DNA of 64,000 nt from Patulibacter sp. (GTDB lineage: Bacteria > Actinomycetota > Thermoleophilia > Solirubrobacterales > Solirubrobacteraceae). Positions 10,051-20,238 of the stretch are shown here, one piece after another. Position 1 is the first letter of the stretch. Each line of letters starts with the position of its first letter. The position numbers and the translations under genes were made by a program. The notes below the pieces were generated by a model. That model saw nothing but the letters and a program-made list of their open reading frames with translations. It was not told the origin of the DNA and made no database searches. The DNA is taken from the NCBI RefSeq assembly GCF_030655195.1, contig NZ_JAURWA010000009.1:3850-67849 (forward strand). The letters run 5' to 3'.

Positions 10051-11052
10051 ATGACGCAGCATCGCCTCCCCGCTCGCAGGTCAGCTCTGGTCGCGGTGCT
10101 GCCGGCCCTCCTGCTGGTGCCGACCGCCGCGCACGCCCAGGCCCCGGCCGCCCCGGCACCGGCTCCGGCACCCGCCCCGGTGGCCACGAAGCTCACGCTC
10201 GTCACCGAGAAGGCCCGCACGGGCGAGGCGCTCAAGGGCGACCGGTGGCGCGCCCTGGTCGTCGCCGACCAGTACGTGGCCGGCACGAAGGTGAAGCTGT
10301 CGTTCAAGGCTTCCAAGCGGACCGTCTCGCGGACGCTCACGCTGAAGCAGCAGAAGAAGGGCGAGAAGGGCTACGTCCGCTTCACGGTGCCCAAGCGGCT
10401 GGAGCGCAGCTCCCGCGTCGTCGTCCGCGCCTCGGTGCCCAGCGGCCAGCCGACCGCCGCGACCGCCGCGAAGACGCGGATCGTCCGGCAGGCCTCGCCG
10501 AACGTCTCCCCCGGCGAGAAGGGCCTCGCCGTCCGGATGCTGCAGCGGATGCTCGCCGACAAGGCGTACGTGATCGGCACGAAGGGCGTCTACGACGCCC
10601 GCACCCAGCGTGCCGTCCTGGCCTTCCGCAAGGTCGTCCGGATGAGCGCCACGAGCGAGGCCGACTCGGCCGTGTTCCGCGCCCTGCGCGCCGGCAAGGG
10701 CACGTTCAAGGTCCGCTTCCCGAGCCACGGCCGCCACATCGAGGGCGACATCGGCCGTCGCGTCATCGCCCTGATCGACAAGGGGAAGGCCGTCCGGATC
10801 TACCACACGTCCCCGGGCAAGGCCTCGACGCCGACCATCCGCGGCAGCTTCAAGGTCTACCGCAAGGACCCGGGCACCAACGCCCTGGGGATGTTCCGCT
10901 CCGTCTACTTCATCCGCGGCTACGCGGTGCACGGCTACCCGTCGGTGCCCGCCGGCTACAGCGCCAGCCACGGCTGCTTCCGCGTCCCGATGGCCGACGC
11001 GACGACGATCTACAACTTCTCGTCGCTGGGCATGCCGGTCGACACCTACTAG
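10051..11052 (+). CDS. Secreted L,D-transpeptidase (YkuD) with PG-binding-like domain
   Basis: Signal peptide ending AHA; AVHGYPS...ASHGCFRV (HxxxxxxxxxxSHGC motif). Confidence 0.9.
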   Translation: MTQHRLPARRSALVAVLPALLLVPTAAHAQAPAAPAPAPAPAPVATKLTLVTEKARTGEALKGDRWRALVVADQYVAGTKVKLSFKASKRTVSRTLTLKQQKKGEKGYVRFTVPKRLERSSRVVVRASVPSGQPTAATAAKTRIVRQASPNVSPGEKGLAVRMLQRMLADKAYVIGTKGVYDARTQRAVLAFRKVVRMSATSEADSAVFRALRAGKGTFKVRFPSHGRHIEGDIGRRVIALIDKGKAVRIYHTSPGKASTPTIRGSFKVYRKDPGTNALGMFRSVYFIRGYAVHGYPSVPAGYSASHGCFRVPMADATTIYNFSSLGMPVDTY

Positions 11053-11193
11053 GACCGCGGCACCCGGCCCGCCCGTGGGTGGCCGGTGAGCAGGATCAGA
11101 CCGCCGGCCCCCGGGCCGGCGGTCGCCGTTGCGGCCCGGCACGACGACGCGGCGCACCCCGTACTCCCCCGGCGACGTAGCATCGCCCGGAAG

Positions 11194-11754
11194 ATGCCTG
11201 ACGCCGAGACCGCCAAGGACCTCCTGGTCGCCGAGCTGCGCGAGCACGCACTGGTGCTCGGCGAGGTCACGCTGACCAGCGGCCGGACCGCGAGCTACTA
11301 CGTCGACGCCAAGCGGGCGATCATGCGCCCCGCCGGATTCCGGGCCCTCGGCGAGCTGCTCGCGGCCGAGGTGCAGCGCCTCGGGGCCACCGCCGTCGGC
11401 GGGCTGACGATGGGCGCCGATCCCGTCGCCTGCGCCGCGCTGGCCGGTGGCGCGGACGCCACCGCGTTCTTCATCCGCAAGGAGACGAAGGCCCACGGCC
11501 TGCAGCGCCGCGTCGAGGGCCCGTTCCTCACCGACGCGGACCGCTGCCTGGTCGTCGAGGACGTCGTCACCACCGGCGGCTCGACCGTCAAGGCGATCGA
11601 GGCCCTGCAGGCCGAGGGCCGCACCATCGTCGGCGTCGTCACCGTCCTGGACCGCCTCGCCGGCGGCGGCGCCCGCATCGAGGACGCCGGCGGCGCCCCC
11701 TACGTCGCGCTCACCACGATCGACGACGTCCATCCCGACCGCGACGACGCCTAG
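11194..11754 (+). CDS. pyrE: Orotate phosphoribosyltransferase
   Basis: LTSGRTASYYVD, RKETKAHG, PRPP-binding VVEDVVTTGGS. Confidence 0.93.
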   Translation: MPDAETAKDLLVAELREHALVLGEVTLTSGRTASYYVDAKRAIMRPAGFRALGELLAAEVQRLGATAVGGLTMGADPVACAALAGGADATAFFIRKETKAHGLQRRVEGPFLTDADRCLVVEDVVTTGGSTVKAIEALQAEGRTIVGVVTVLDRLAGGGARIEDAGGAPYVALTTIDDVHPDRDDA

Positions 11755-11859
11755 AGCCATGACGCACCGCTCCCCCCGCGGCCCGGCCGCCCCCGTGATC
11801 CGCCTCGCCCAGGGCGCCGCCGCCCTCCCCGCTGACGCGTCCTCCGCCGGGGTCGCCCG

Positions 11860-12135
11860 ATGACCCTGGTCGGCGTCATCGTCCTGTTCCTGGGCCTGGC
11901 GACCGCCGGCGCCGGCGCGGGACTCGCGCTGTTCGAGCGCCTCGAGCCGCGCCGCACCCTGACCCTGATGGGCGCCGGCGTCGTGATCGGCGCCGCCGGC
12001 CTGCTCCTGACCCTGGCCTCCGCCGACGACGGCGAGTCGCTCAGCGCGGGCACCTTCGTCCCCCTCGCGATCGTCCTGGCGATCGTGGCCTACGCGGCCT
12101 GGTTCGCGCGTCGGCCTCCGGCGCCGAAGGACTGA
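11860..12135 (+). CDS. Small 3-TM hypothetical membrane protein
   Basis: 91 aa with three hydrophobic stretches; GC3-rich codons. Confidence 0.7.
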   Translation: MTLVGVIVLFLGLATAGAGAGLALFERLEPRRTLTLMGAGVVIGAAGLLLTLASADDGESLSAGTFVPLAIVLAIVAYAAWFARRPPAPKD

Positions 12136-12222
12136 GGGAGCGGCGCACCGGCGCCGGAGGACGGGCGAGCGGCAACCCGCCCGCGGACCTGGCGCCGCGG
12201 AGCCCCGTGCAAGAGTGGGCGC

Positions 12223-15200
12223 GTGCGCGTGGCCGTCCTCGGAGCCCTCGAGGTGTGGCGCGACGAGCGCCTCGTGCCCGTCGCGGGCGGACGCGTGCGA
12301 GCACTCCTGGTGCGCCTGGCCCTCGACGCCGGACGGGAGGTCGGGCGCGACGCGCTGATCGACGCGATCTGGGAGGAGTCGCCGCCCGCCGACGCCGGCC
12401 ACGCCCTGCAGGCCCTGGTCTCCCGCCTGCGCCGCACGCTGGAGTCCGACGCGGTGGTCTCCGGGACCAGCGGCTACCGGCTGGCGGCCGATCCCGCCGA
12501 CGTCGACGCCCTCGCGTTCGAGGTCGCCGCCCGGGCCGGATCCGCCGCGCTGCGGGCCGGGGACGCCGCCGGGGCCGCGGAGGTCCTGCGCGACGCGCTG
12601 GCGACCTGGCGGGGTCCGGCGCTCGGGGAGCTGGCGACGGACCGGCGCTTCGCCGCGCGGGCGGCGGACCGCCTCGAGAGCTCGCGTCTGGCCGCGACCG
12701 TCGACCGGATCGAGGCGGACCTCGCGCTCGGGGCCGGGACCGACCTCGTCCGGGAGCTCGACGACCTGGCGAGCGCCCACCCCCTCGACGAGCGGATCGC
12801 GGCGCAGCGGATGCGGGCGCTGACGGCCGCGGGCCGCGCGGCCGAGGCGCTCGACGGCTACGAGCGGATCCGCACCCGGCTGGACGACGAGCTCGGCGCG
12901 CTGCCGTCCGCCGAGCTCCGGGCGGCACATCTGTCGGTGCTCGGCGGGGCGGCCGGCCCCGGGGGCGGCGCCTCGGGCCGCGGCGACCGTCCCGAGGTCT
13001 CCCCCGCGGTCGGCGCGGTCGGGGCGGTCGGCGGTCCCGCGGCGCCGGCCGCCGTCGAGGCCCCTGCCCAGGAGGCCGTCCCGCGCCGCACGAACCTGCG
13101 CCACGCCATGACGAGCTTCGTCGGGCGCGAGGCGGAGGTCGAGCGCCTCGACGCCCTGCTGGCCGAGCACCGCCTGCTCACGCTGATCGGGCCGGGCGGC
13201 GCGGGCAAGACGCGCCTGGCCGGCGAGGTCGCGGGACGCCAGGGCGGACGGGCCGCCGACGGCGTCTGGATGGTCGAGCTGGCGACGATCACGGACCCGG
13301 GCGACGTCGGGGCGGGCGTCCTCGGGGCGCTCGGCCTGCGCGAGGCGAGCCTGCTGCGGCAGTCCCCCGCCGGCGGCACGGGTCCGGCGGCGGCGCCGGA
13401 CACCGACCCGGTGGCGCACCTGCTCGACGTCCTCGCCGAGCGCGAGACGGTGCTCGTCCTCGACAACTGCGAGCACCTCGTCGCCGCGGCCGCCGTCCTC
13501 GCCGACGAGCTGCTCGCGCACTGCCCGCGGCTGCGGATCATCGCCACCAGCCGCGAGCCCCTCGGCATCGCCGGGGAGCGGCTCGAGCAGGTCCCGCCCC
13601 TGGGCCTGCCGCCCGCGGACGCCGACGCCGCGGTGGCCATGGCCCACCCCGCGGTGCGGCTCTTCGCCGACCGCGCGGCCGACGCGTCGCCCGGCTTCGC
13701 CGTCGACGCGGGGACGGTGGGGAGCGTCGTCGAGATCTGCCGGCGCCTCGACGGCCTGCCGCTGGCGATCGAGCTGGCCGCCGCGCGCCTGCGGTCCCTG
13801 CCGGTCGCGCAGATCGCCGCGCGCCTCGACGACCGGTTCCGCCTGCTGACCGGCGGCAGCCGCGCCGCCTTGCCGCGGCAGCAGACGCTCCGCGCCGTCG
13901 TCGACTGGAGCTGGGACCTGCTGTCGGAGGACGAGCGGCTCCTCGCCCGGCGGGTCGCGGTCTTCCCCGCCGGCGTCACGCCGGAGAGCGCCGCGGCCGT
14001 CTGCGCGGACGACGACCTGGACGCCGACGCGGTGCTCGACCTGCTCGCCGCGCTCGTCGACCGCTCGCTGCTGGTCCTCGTCGACCGGGACGCGCCGCGC
14101 TACCGGATGCTCGAGACGATCCGCGAGTACGCGACCGAGCGGCTCACCGCGACGGGCGAGCTCGGCGCCACCCGCACGGCCCACGCCCGGTTCTTCGCCG
14201 GGCTGGCCGTCGAGGCGGACCCGCACCTGCGTGGCCCCGACCAGCTCGCCTGGTTCCGCAGGCTGCAGGCGGAGCGCGACAACCTGCAGGCCGCGCTGCG
14301 CTGGCTCGCCGAGGACGGCGACGCGCGCTCCGCCCTGGGCCTGGCGCTCTCCCTCTCCTGGTTCTGGGTCCTCTCGGGCAGCCCGAACGACGCGAGCGCC
14401 GCTGTCCGGCTCGCCCACGCGGTCCCCGGTGACGCGGACCCGCTCGACCGCCTCGTCGCGGAGAACCTCGCTCTGTTCGGCGACGACGCGATGACGCAGG
14501 ATCTGCGCGCGGACCTGTCGGGGCTGCTCGACGAGCTCGAGGCGATGGACCTGACGCCGCGCCCCGTCCTGATCGCCGCCGCCCCGGTCCTGGCCTGGTT
14601 CTCGGGGGATCCCGGGCGCGCCCAGCCGCTGTTCGCCGCCGCGCTCCACAGCGACGACCCGTGGGTCCGCGCGACCGTCCCGCTCGTGCTGGCGCAGACC
14701 GCCGAGAACGCCGGTGACGTCGAGGGCATCCGACGGCACCTCGACGAGGCGCTGGCCACCTTCCGCGCGATCGGCGAGCGCTGGGGTCTGACGGCGACCC
14801 TGAGCTCGATCGCGAGCCTGCGGATGCTCGAGGACGACCTCGACGGTGCCGCGGCGGCGCTCGAGGAGGCCCGCTCGCTGTTCCAGGAACTCGGAGCGGA
14901 GAGCGACAACGCGCGGCTCCTGCTCGACATCGCGGGCGTCCGCTGGCGCCAGGGGGATCTCGACGGCGCCCTCGACTACGCGCGCCGGGCGCGCGACGCC
15001 ACCGACGTCGGCGGCATCGAGGCGGCGTTCGCCGGGGCGTTCCTGGCACGCGTCTCGTGGCTCCTCGGTCGCGAGGACGAGGCCCGGGAGCTGATCGCCG
15101 CCGCGCTGCGGACGACCGACCGCGTCTCCCCCGTGCGCCCCGAGCACGGCCACATCCACGCGGCCGTCCGCGCCTCCGCCGTCCTGATCGCGGTCGACGA

Positions 15201-15531
15201 CGGCGGCCTGCGCACGGCTCGCGAGCACCTGGCGCTCGCCCACCCCGCGGCGGTCGGCACGGAGGACCAGCCCGTGATGGCGCTGGTCGGCGTCGCCCTC
15301 GCCGCCCTGGCCGAGCGCACCGGGGACGCGACCGCCGCCGCCGAGATCCTCGGGGCCGCCGCCCGGCTGCGCGGCGCGGCGGACCGCACCGACCCCGCGA
15401 TCGCCCGGCTGACCGCCCGGCTGCGGCAGACCCTCGGGGACGAGACGTTCGACGGGACGTACGCGAAGGGCCTCCGGCAGGACCGCGACGGGGCGCTGCG
15501 GCGGCTGGACCCGGCGACGCTCGGGGGCTGA
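12223..15531 (+). CDS. AfsR/SARP-type BTAD + NB-ARC/ATPase + TPR transcriptional regulator
   Basis: MRVAVLGALEV, HPLDER, FVGRE, GPGGAGKTRLA, VLDNCEH, LDGLPLAIELAAAR; 1102 aa. Confidence 0.93.
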   Translation: MRVAVLGALEVWRDERLVPVAGGRVRALLVRLALDAGREVGRDALIDAIWEESPPADAGHALQALVSRLRRTLESDAVVSGTSGYRLAADPADVDALAFEVAARAGSAALRAGDAAGAAEVLRDALATWRGPALGELATDRRFAARAADRLESSRLAATVDRIEADLALGAGTDLVRELDDLASAHPLDERIAAQRMRALTAAGRAAEALDGYERIRTRLDDELGALPSAELRAAHLSVLGGAAGPGGGASGRGDRPEVSPAVGAVGAVGGPAAPAAVEAPAQEAVPRRTNLRHAMTSFVGREAEVERLDALLAEHRLLTLIGPGGAGKTRLAGEVAGRQGGRAADGVWMVELATITDPGDVGAGVLGALGLREASLLRQSPAGGTGPAAAPDTDPVAHLLDVLAERETVLVLDNCEHLVAAAAVLADELLAHCPRLRIIATSREPLGIAGERLEQVPPLGLPPADADAAVAMAHPAVRLFADRAADASPGFAVDAGTVGSVVEICRRLDGLPLAIELAAARLRSLPVAQIAARLDDRFRLLTGGSRAALPRQQTLRAVVDWSWDLLSEDERLLARRVAVFPAGVTPESAAAVCADDDLDADAVLDLLAALVDRSLLVLVDRDAPRYRMLETIREYATERLTATGELGATRTAHARFFAGLAVEADPHLRGPDQLAWFRRLQAERDNLQAALRWLAEDGDARSALGLALSLSWFWVLSGSPNDASAAVRLAHAVPGDADPLDRLVAENLALFGDDAMTQDLRADLSGLLDELEAMDLTPRPVLIAAAPVLAWFSGDPGRAQPLFAAALHSDDPWVRATVPLVLAQTAENAGDVEGIRRHLDEALATFRAIGERWGLTATLSSIASLRMLEDDLDGAAAALEEARSLFQELGAESDNARLLLDIAGVRWRQGDLDGALDYARRARDATDVGGIEAAFAGAFLARVSWLLGREDEARELIAAALRTTDRVSPVRPEHGHIHAAVRASAVLIAVDDGGLRTAREHLALAHPAAVGTEDQPVMALVGVALAALAERTGDATAAAEILGAAARLRGAADRTDPAIARLTARLRQTLGDETFDGTYAKGLRQDRDGALRRLDPATLGG

Positions 15532-15544
15532 ACCGCCTGCCCGC

Positions 15545-17077
15545 TCAGGCCGGCTGCGCCGTGCGGGCGGCTGGCGGGGCCGCGGCCGGCGTCGCGGCCT
15601 CGGCGGGCTCCTCGACCGGGTGCTCCTCGACGGAGCGGGAGTCGGTCAGCGTCCAGGCGCCGTAGCCGGCGACCAGGCCAACGACGATCGCGAGGATCCC
15701 GTAGGTCACGCGCTCGCCGTGGAAGAACGACTGCACGAGGTCGGGGCTCCACGTGCCGGCGGGCAGGGCGGTAGTGACCAGGACGGCGATCAGCGTGCCG
15801 ACGACGGCGGTGCCGACGCTCGTGCCGACCTCCTGCGCGGTGTCGTTCAGCGCGGTGCCCATCGACGTGCGGTTGGCGGGCATCGCGTCGACGAGGGCGA
15901 CGGCGCAGATGGTCATGATCGTCCGCAGGCCGATGGTCATCACGACCATCGAGATCGCGATGGCGAGGTAGCCGTGGGAGACGCCCCACGACATGCCGCC
16001 GAGCGAGACGGCGAGCAGCCCGGCGCCGATCATGCAGGCGACGCGGTGCCCGAAGCGCTTCGCGAGGCCCTCGGAGAGCGGGGAAGCGAGCAGCATCGTG
16101 ACGATCAGCGGCAGGTTCGCCAGACCGGCCTTCACCGGGCTCCAGCCGTAGGCGTACTGGAAGTGCAGGATCAGGCCGAACATGACGGCGGCCATGGCGA
16201 TCGAGGTGCCGGCCTGCGCGATCGCGGCGCCGCGCACGGTGCCGTTCTTGAACAGGCCCAGGTCGAGCATCGGCGCGTCCGTGCGGCGCTCGTGACGGAC
16301 GAACCACGTGGCCGCACCGACCGCGCCGACGACGGCCGCGAGGGTGCCGGCGCCGAGCCAGCCGTGCTCGACCCCGCTGGTCAGCGAGTAGCACGCGAGC
16401 CCGATGGCGGCGACGCTGAGGACGGCGCCCGGCAGGTCGAGCCGGTCCTGGGTGAGGCCGTCGGGGTGGTCGGCCGCGACGCCCAGGCGGATCCCGACGT
16501 AGGCGATCAGAGCGATCGGCGCGTTGACGACGAGCAGCCACTCCCAGCTGACGTGGGCCAGGGCGGTGCCGCCGAGCAGCGGGCCGAGCACGAACCCGGA
16601 CAGGCCGACGGTGATCATCACCGTCATCGCGCGCATCCGCAGCACCTTGTCGTCGAACAGGCGGAAGACGAGCGAGTTGGTGATCGGCGCCATCATCGCG
16701 GCGGCGATCCCGAGACCGGCACGCAGCGCGATCAGCTCGCCGGCGGAGTGGACGAACACCACGAGCAGGCTCAGCCCGCCGAACAGGCCGAGCCCGACGC
16801 TGAGGACCCGCCGTCGTCCCCAGCGGTCGGCGATCGACCCGGCGGTCAGCAGCAGCCCGCCGAACGTCAGCGAGTACGCCCCGGTGACCCACTGCAGCCC
16901 GGTCGTCCCGCTGCCCAGGTCGCGCCCGATGGTGGGCAGCGCGATCGACAACAGCGTGTTGTCGACCATCTCGACGAAGAAGGCCAGGCAGAGGGCCGCC
17001 AGCGGGATCCACGCCGCGCGGAGCGACGTGTAGGTCCGCGGCCCGGCGGCGAGTGGTGCGGTGGTCGTGGAGCTCAT
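15545..17077 (-). CDS. MFS drug:H+ antiporter (DHA2-like)
   Basis: DNTLLSIALPTIGRDL, GSIADRWGRRR, WEWLLVVNAP; about 14 TM. Confidence 0.92.
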   Translation of the reverse strand: MSSTTTAPLAAGPRTYTSLRAAWIPLAALCLAFFVEMVDNTLLSIALPTIGRDLGSGTTGLQWVTGAYSLTFGGLLLTAGSIADRWGRRRVLSVGLGLFGGLSLLVVFVHSAGELIALRAGLGIAAAMMAPITNSLVFRLFDDKVLRMRAMTVMITVGLSGFVLGPLLGGTALAHVSWEWLLVVNAPIALIAYVGIRLGVAADHPDGLTQDRLDLPGAVLSVAAIGLACYSLTSGVEHGWLGAGTLAAVVGAVGAATWFVRHERRTDAPMLDLGLFKNGTVRGAAIAQAGTSIAMAAVMFGLILHFQYAYGWSPVKAGLANLPLIVTMLLASPLSEGLAKRFGHRVACMIGAGLLAVSLGGMSWGVSHGYLAIAISMVVMTIGLRTIMTICAVALVDAMPANRTSMGTALNDTAQEVGTSVGTAVVGTLIAVLVTTALPAGTWSPDLVQSFFHGERVTYGILAIVVGLVAGYGAWTLTDSRSVEEHPVEEPAEAATPAAAPPAARTAQPA

Positions 17078-17196
17078 GCCCGGCAGCATCCGCGAGCCCG
17101 CTCACAGCGCCCGCACACGGCGCTCACACGGGACCGCCCGGGCGTGTGCGAGCAGGCGCCACCGCGCGATCGCGGCCTCTAGGATTCCCGGAGCCC

Positions 17197-17268
17197 GCCC
17201 CCGTAGCTCAGTGGATAGAGCATTGGTTTCCTAAACCATGTGCGCAAGTTCGATTCTTGCCGGGGGCA
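17197..17268 (+). tRNA. tRNA-Arg (anticodon CCT)
   Basis: GCCCCCG acceptor/CGGGGGC-A, GCTC/GAGC D stem, TT-CCT-AA loop, GCAAG-TTCGATT-CTTGC T arm; one mismatch at top of anticodon stem; CCA not encoded. Confidence 0.95.
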
Positions 17269-17606
17269 TCGGAAGTACCTGAGAATCGAAGCTCGCTGTC
17301 TTACGCGCACGTCTCTCGTGCACATGGTTCTCTGGGCCACTCCCACGTCCCGACCGACTCGCGCGAGCGCTTAGGACGCCAGATTCCTCTCGGGATACTG
17401 AGGCGCGCGGCAAGAGCTCACCGTTCTGGGTCCTGGATTATCCTCAGTGGGCAGATCTGTGGCACGGATCGCTGCCCGGGGACCCGGGTCGAAACCCTGC
17501 CCCGAGTCGGGCGCCGATCGAGCGCTCGGGCTAGGGCCCTAGTTTCGTGAGCGAAACTTGGCCCGGGCTCCCGGCGTCCCAAGTGAAGTTGGGAACCCTC
17601 CCCCCA

Positions 17607-17636
17607 GATCCAAGTTTCGGACGCAATACTTGGATC
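17607..17636 (+). promoter_or_regulatory. Inverted repeat over Fic promoter (operator candidate)
   Basis: GATCCAAGT-N12-ACTTGGATC ending directly at GTG 17637; further palindromes CTAGGGCCCTAG (17531-17542) and AGTTTCG-tgag-CGAAACT (17541-17558). Confidence 0.55.
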
Positions 17637-18812
17637 GTGGATCTCGAACGACTCACCGCCAGCCCCATCGGCACAGTCGTTCCGCTCCGACTTCCCGACC
17701 CCCTCACGCGCAAGACGGTCGACGGCCACGCGTTCCTTCCCGAACCGCTGCCGGTCGAGGTCCAGCTCTCGACAAGCACGTGGACCACCGTCAACCGCGC
17801 CACTGCGTCCCTCGCCCGGCTCGACGGCACTGCCCGCCTGATCCCGAACCCCGGACTCCTGCGCCGCCCCGCCCTGCGCCGCGAGGCCCAGAGCACCAGC
17901 GCCCTCGAGGGCACCTACGCACCCATCGCGGACGTCCTGGCCGCCGACCAGGCGCAGACCGACCTCCCCGCCGCATTGCGCGAAGTCCTGAACTTCGAGC
18001 AGATGGCCGAGCTCGCGTTCTCCTGGCCCGACGATCGACGGCTCACCATCTCGATGCTCGGGGATCTCCAGCAGACCCTGGTCACAGGGACTGCTAGCGA
18101 ACTCGGCGACGCCGGACAGATCCGCAACCGCGTCGTCGTCATCGGGTCGCGCGGCCGGCCCCTCGCCGATGCCCGGTTCGTACCACCCCCGCCCGGAGAT
18201 CAGCTGCGCAGCGGCGTCGAAGCGCTTCTCGACTGGATCGAAACACCACCGGAGCTCCCGACCGTCGTCCAGGCCGCGATGGCTCACTATCAATTCGAGA
18301 CCCTGCACCCCTACTCCGACGGCAACGGCCGCCTCGGCAGGCTGCTCGTCATCGTCCAACTTCTGCGAGGCGCGATCATCCGGGAGCCTCTCCTCGTCGT
18401 CTCGCCTTGGTTCGAGGCACGCCGGACCGCCTACCAAGACGAACTGCTCGACCTCTCGTGCACCGGCGACTGGGACCGCTGGATCGCCTTCTTCGCCGAA
18501 GGCGTCGCCGCTTCCGCGGAGGAGTCCCGCAGCAAGGTCGAAGGCCTTCTCGGCCTCCAAACCGACCTTCGCGCCCGCGTCCACGCCGCCGGCAAACGCG
18601 GCGCCGCCGAGCGGCTCGCAGCCGACCTCGTCGGACGCCCCTACGTCTCACGGCCCGAGGTCGCGCGCCTATACGAGCTGTCGGGACAAGGCGCGGCCAA
18701 CGCGATCCAGGCACTCCAAGCCGTCGGGATCCTCGAACCGTCGGGATTCCGAACGCCCGCCGGCGCCGAAGTCTTCCGAGCGCCCGACGTCTTGACCCTC
18801 CTCACGAGTTGA
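17637..18812 (+). CDS. Fic family protein (class II-like, C-terminal HTH-like region)
   Basis: HPYSDGNGRLGR Fic motif; inhibitory-type TSALEG motif in the N-terminal part; start refined to GTG (MDLERLTASP). Confidence 0.93.
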   Translation: MDLERLTASPIGTVVPLRLPDPLTRKTVDGHAFLPEPLPVEVQLSTSTWTTVNRATASLARLDGTARLIPNPGLLRRPALRREAQSTSALEGTYAPIADVLAADQAQTDLPAALREVLNFEQMAELAFSWPDDRRLTISMLGDLQQTLVTGTASELGDAGQIRNRVVVIGSRGRPLADARFVPPPPGDQLRSGVEALLDWIETPPELPTVVQAAMAHYQFETLHPYSDGNGRLGRLLVIVQLLRGAIIREPLLVVSPWFEARRTAYQDELLDLSCTGDWDRWIAFFAEGVAASAEESRSKVEGLLGLQTDLRARVHAAGKRGAAERLAADLVGRPYVSRPEVARLYELSGQGAANAIQALQAVGILEPSGFRTPAGAEVFRAPDVLTLLTS

Positions 18813-18839
18813 CCGGACTCCCGTTATCTGGCGCCAGCT

Positions 18840-20234
18840 TCAGGATGCGGGGATGGTTCCGGCGGTGACGCGAGTTCCTGAAGTCTTCGCGTTCTCGACC
18901 TCAGCAGCAACGCCGCTGCTCGCGCGGTCGGGTTGCGACTGTCGGAACTCCAGCGCCTCCGGGTCCTCCACGTACTCGAGCAGGTCGCCCGCGAGGTCGA
19001 GCAGGTGTTCGCGCGCTTCTTGTGGTGTGGCGTAGAAGAACTCGCGGCGGAGGTTGACCATGTTGACGCGGCGGTCGGCCAGGCGCTGGTGCATCGCCGT
19101 TTCGATCCCGACCGCATCGTTGGCGAAGAACAACGCGTGCACATCGAAGCGGAACGGCACCGAGGCATCGCCGAGCTCGCGTACGCGATCCAAGGGCTCA
19201 AGGCGACGCGTCATGCCCACCTTGATCATTCGTTCCCCGAACGCCCCGACGTTCGAGATCACGTACACGTAGCCGGCGCGGATGTTCGCGGCGCGGTAGT
19301 CGACGTCGTTGATCGCCCGGTCCACGTCGTCGAGCTGCGCCCGGAGCTTCCCCGCGGCCTCGAGGTCGCCCTTGCTCTCCAGTGATGCCAGAGCGTTGGC
19401 GTAGTGCTGCCGTTCCTTGTCGAGTCGCTCGCGCTCGCGCTGCAGCTCCTGTTGGGCCTTGCGCTCCTCCCGCAGCCGAGCCTTTTCTTCGCGCTCGCGC
19501 TCCTTCTCTTCGGCGACCTTGGCGAGATAGTCGGCCGTCAGTTCGAGCTCGCGGATGCGCAAGCGGTGGTACCTGGGCGAGACCTCGATGCTCATCGTCC
19601 GGCCGAGCTTCGCGATCACCTCGCGGGACTTCGTCAGCCGCGACACGGCGCCGTCGAGCTTGTACGGCTTGAGACCGCGGACCAACGCGTCCGCCTCGGA
19701 GTTGTAGGCCCGCAACATCAGCTTGCAGTTCTCCCGCACCATCTTCCGACCCTGCGCCTCGGACCCGTTGACCGTCCAGCCCGTCGCCCCGGTCACCGCA
19801 CCGCCGTCAGCTCGCGCCATGGCCTTCATCGCTCCGCGAACGTCATCGAGCTCCGCCTTGTACGCGACGGCGTCGTCGAGGGGGTGCCGGAACTCGTACA
19901 CCCCGACCTCCTGCAGCAACTGCTCGTCGGTCGTCGCGACCACCGACCTGCGGAGCTCGTCCAGCTCCGCCCGTGCCTCCCCCACACTCCGCGCGAGATC
20001 GCGTAGCTGCGCTTCCCCTTCTGCCCGACCGGCCACGAGTTGCGCGTCGAGCTGCGCAAGGGCTTCGCGGCGCTCTCGGGTCGAGGTGTCGCGCAGGTCG
20101 ATGATCTGTCGTTGGAGTTCTTCGCGCTGCTGCTCGAGGTCGTAGACCGTCAGGGCGCCCGTACGATCGAGGTGCGCGCGGAGCTCCGCCACCCCTCGGC
20201 TGAGCTCCCCGTTCCGGTCCTGCAGCTCCCGCAC
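18840..20234 (-). CDS. DUF4041 + T5orf172/GIY-YIG-like nuclease (PD-lambda-1/SNIPE-like anti-phage protein)
   Basis: Coiled coil, KLMLRAYNSEAD, ELELTADY, EQRELQ-type charged helix, GYVYVISNVGAFG..IKVGMTRR..PLDRVRELGDASVPF.FDVHA..LRREFF. Confidence 0.88.
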   Translation of the reverse strand: MRELQDRNGELSRGVAELRAHLDRTGALTVYDLEQQREELQRQIIDLRDTSTRERREALAQLDAQLVAGRAEGEAQLRDLARSVGEARAELDELRRSVVATTDEQLLQEVGVYEFRHPLDDAVAYKAELDDVRGAMKAMARADGGAVTGATGWTVNGSEAQGRKMVRENCKLMLRAYNSEADALVRGLKPYKLDGAVSRLTKSREVIAKLGRTMSIEVSPRYHRLRIRELELTADYLAKVAEEKEREREEKARLREERKAQQELQRERERLDKERQHYANALASLESKGDLEAAGKLRAQLDDVDRAINDVDYRAANIRAGYVYVISNVGAFGERMIKVGMTRRLEPLDRVRELGDASVPFRFDVHALFFANDAVGIETAMHQRLADRRVNMVNLRREFFYATPQEAREHLLDLAGDLLEYVEDPEALEFRQSQPDRASSGVAAEVENAKTSGTRVTAGTIPAS

Positions 20235-20238
20235 CCGC

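Noticed and set aside
10081-15243. 1720-aa minus-strand ORF, and similar giant ORFs at 3762..7391, 32435..36421, 52473..55031 and 57253..60321
   Set aside because: Antisense or off-frame shadows of real genes in very high-GC DNA; Arg/Gly/Ala-rich with no motifs
17269-17636. Integrase gene or remnant next to attL
   Set aside because: No tyrosine- or serine-recombinase motifs recognisable in any frame; ORFs 17418..18584 and 17231..17413 are shadows
17547-17636. Track start for Fic at GTG 17547
   Set aside because: The first 30 codons are atypical and overlap palindromic promoter elements; GTG 17637 gives a typical MDLE start with a -10-like box 6 nt upstream
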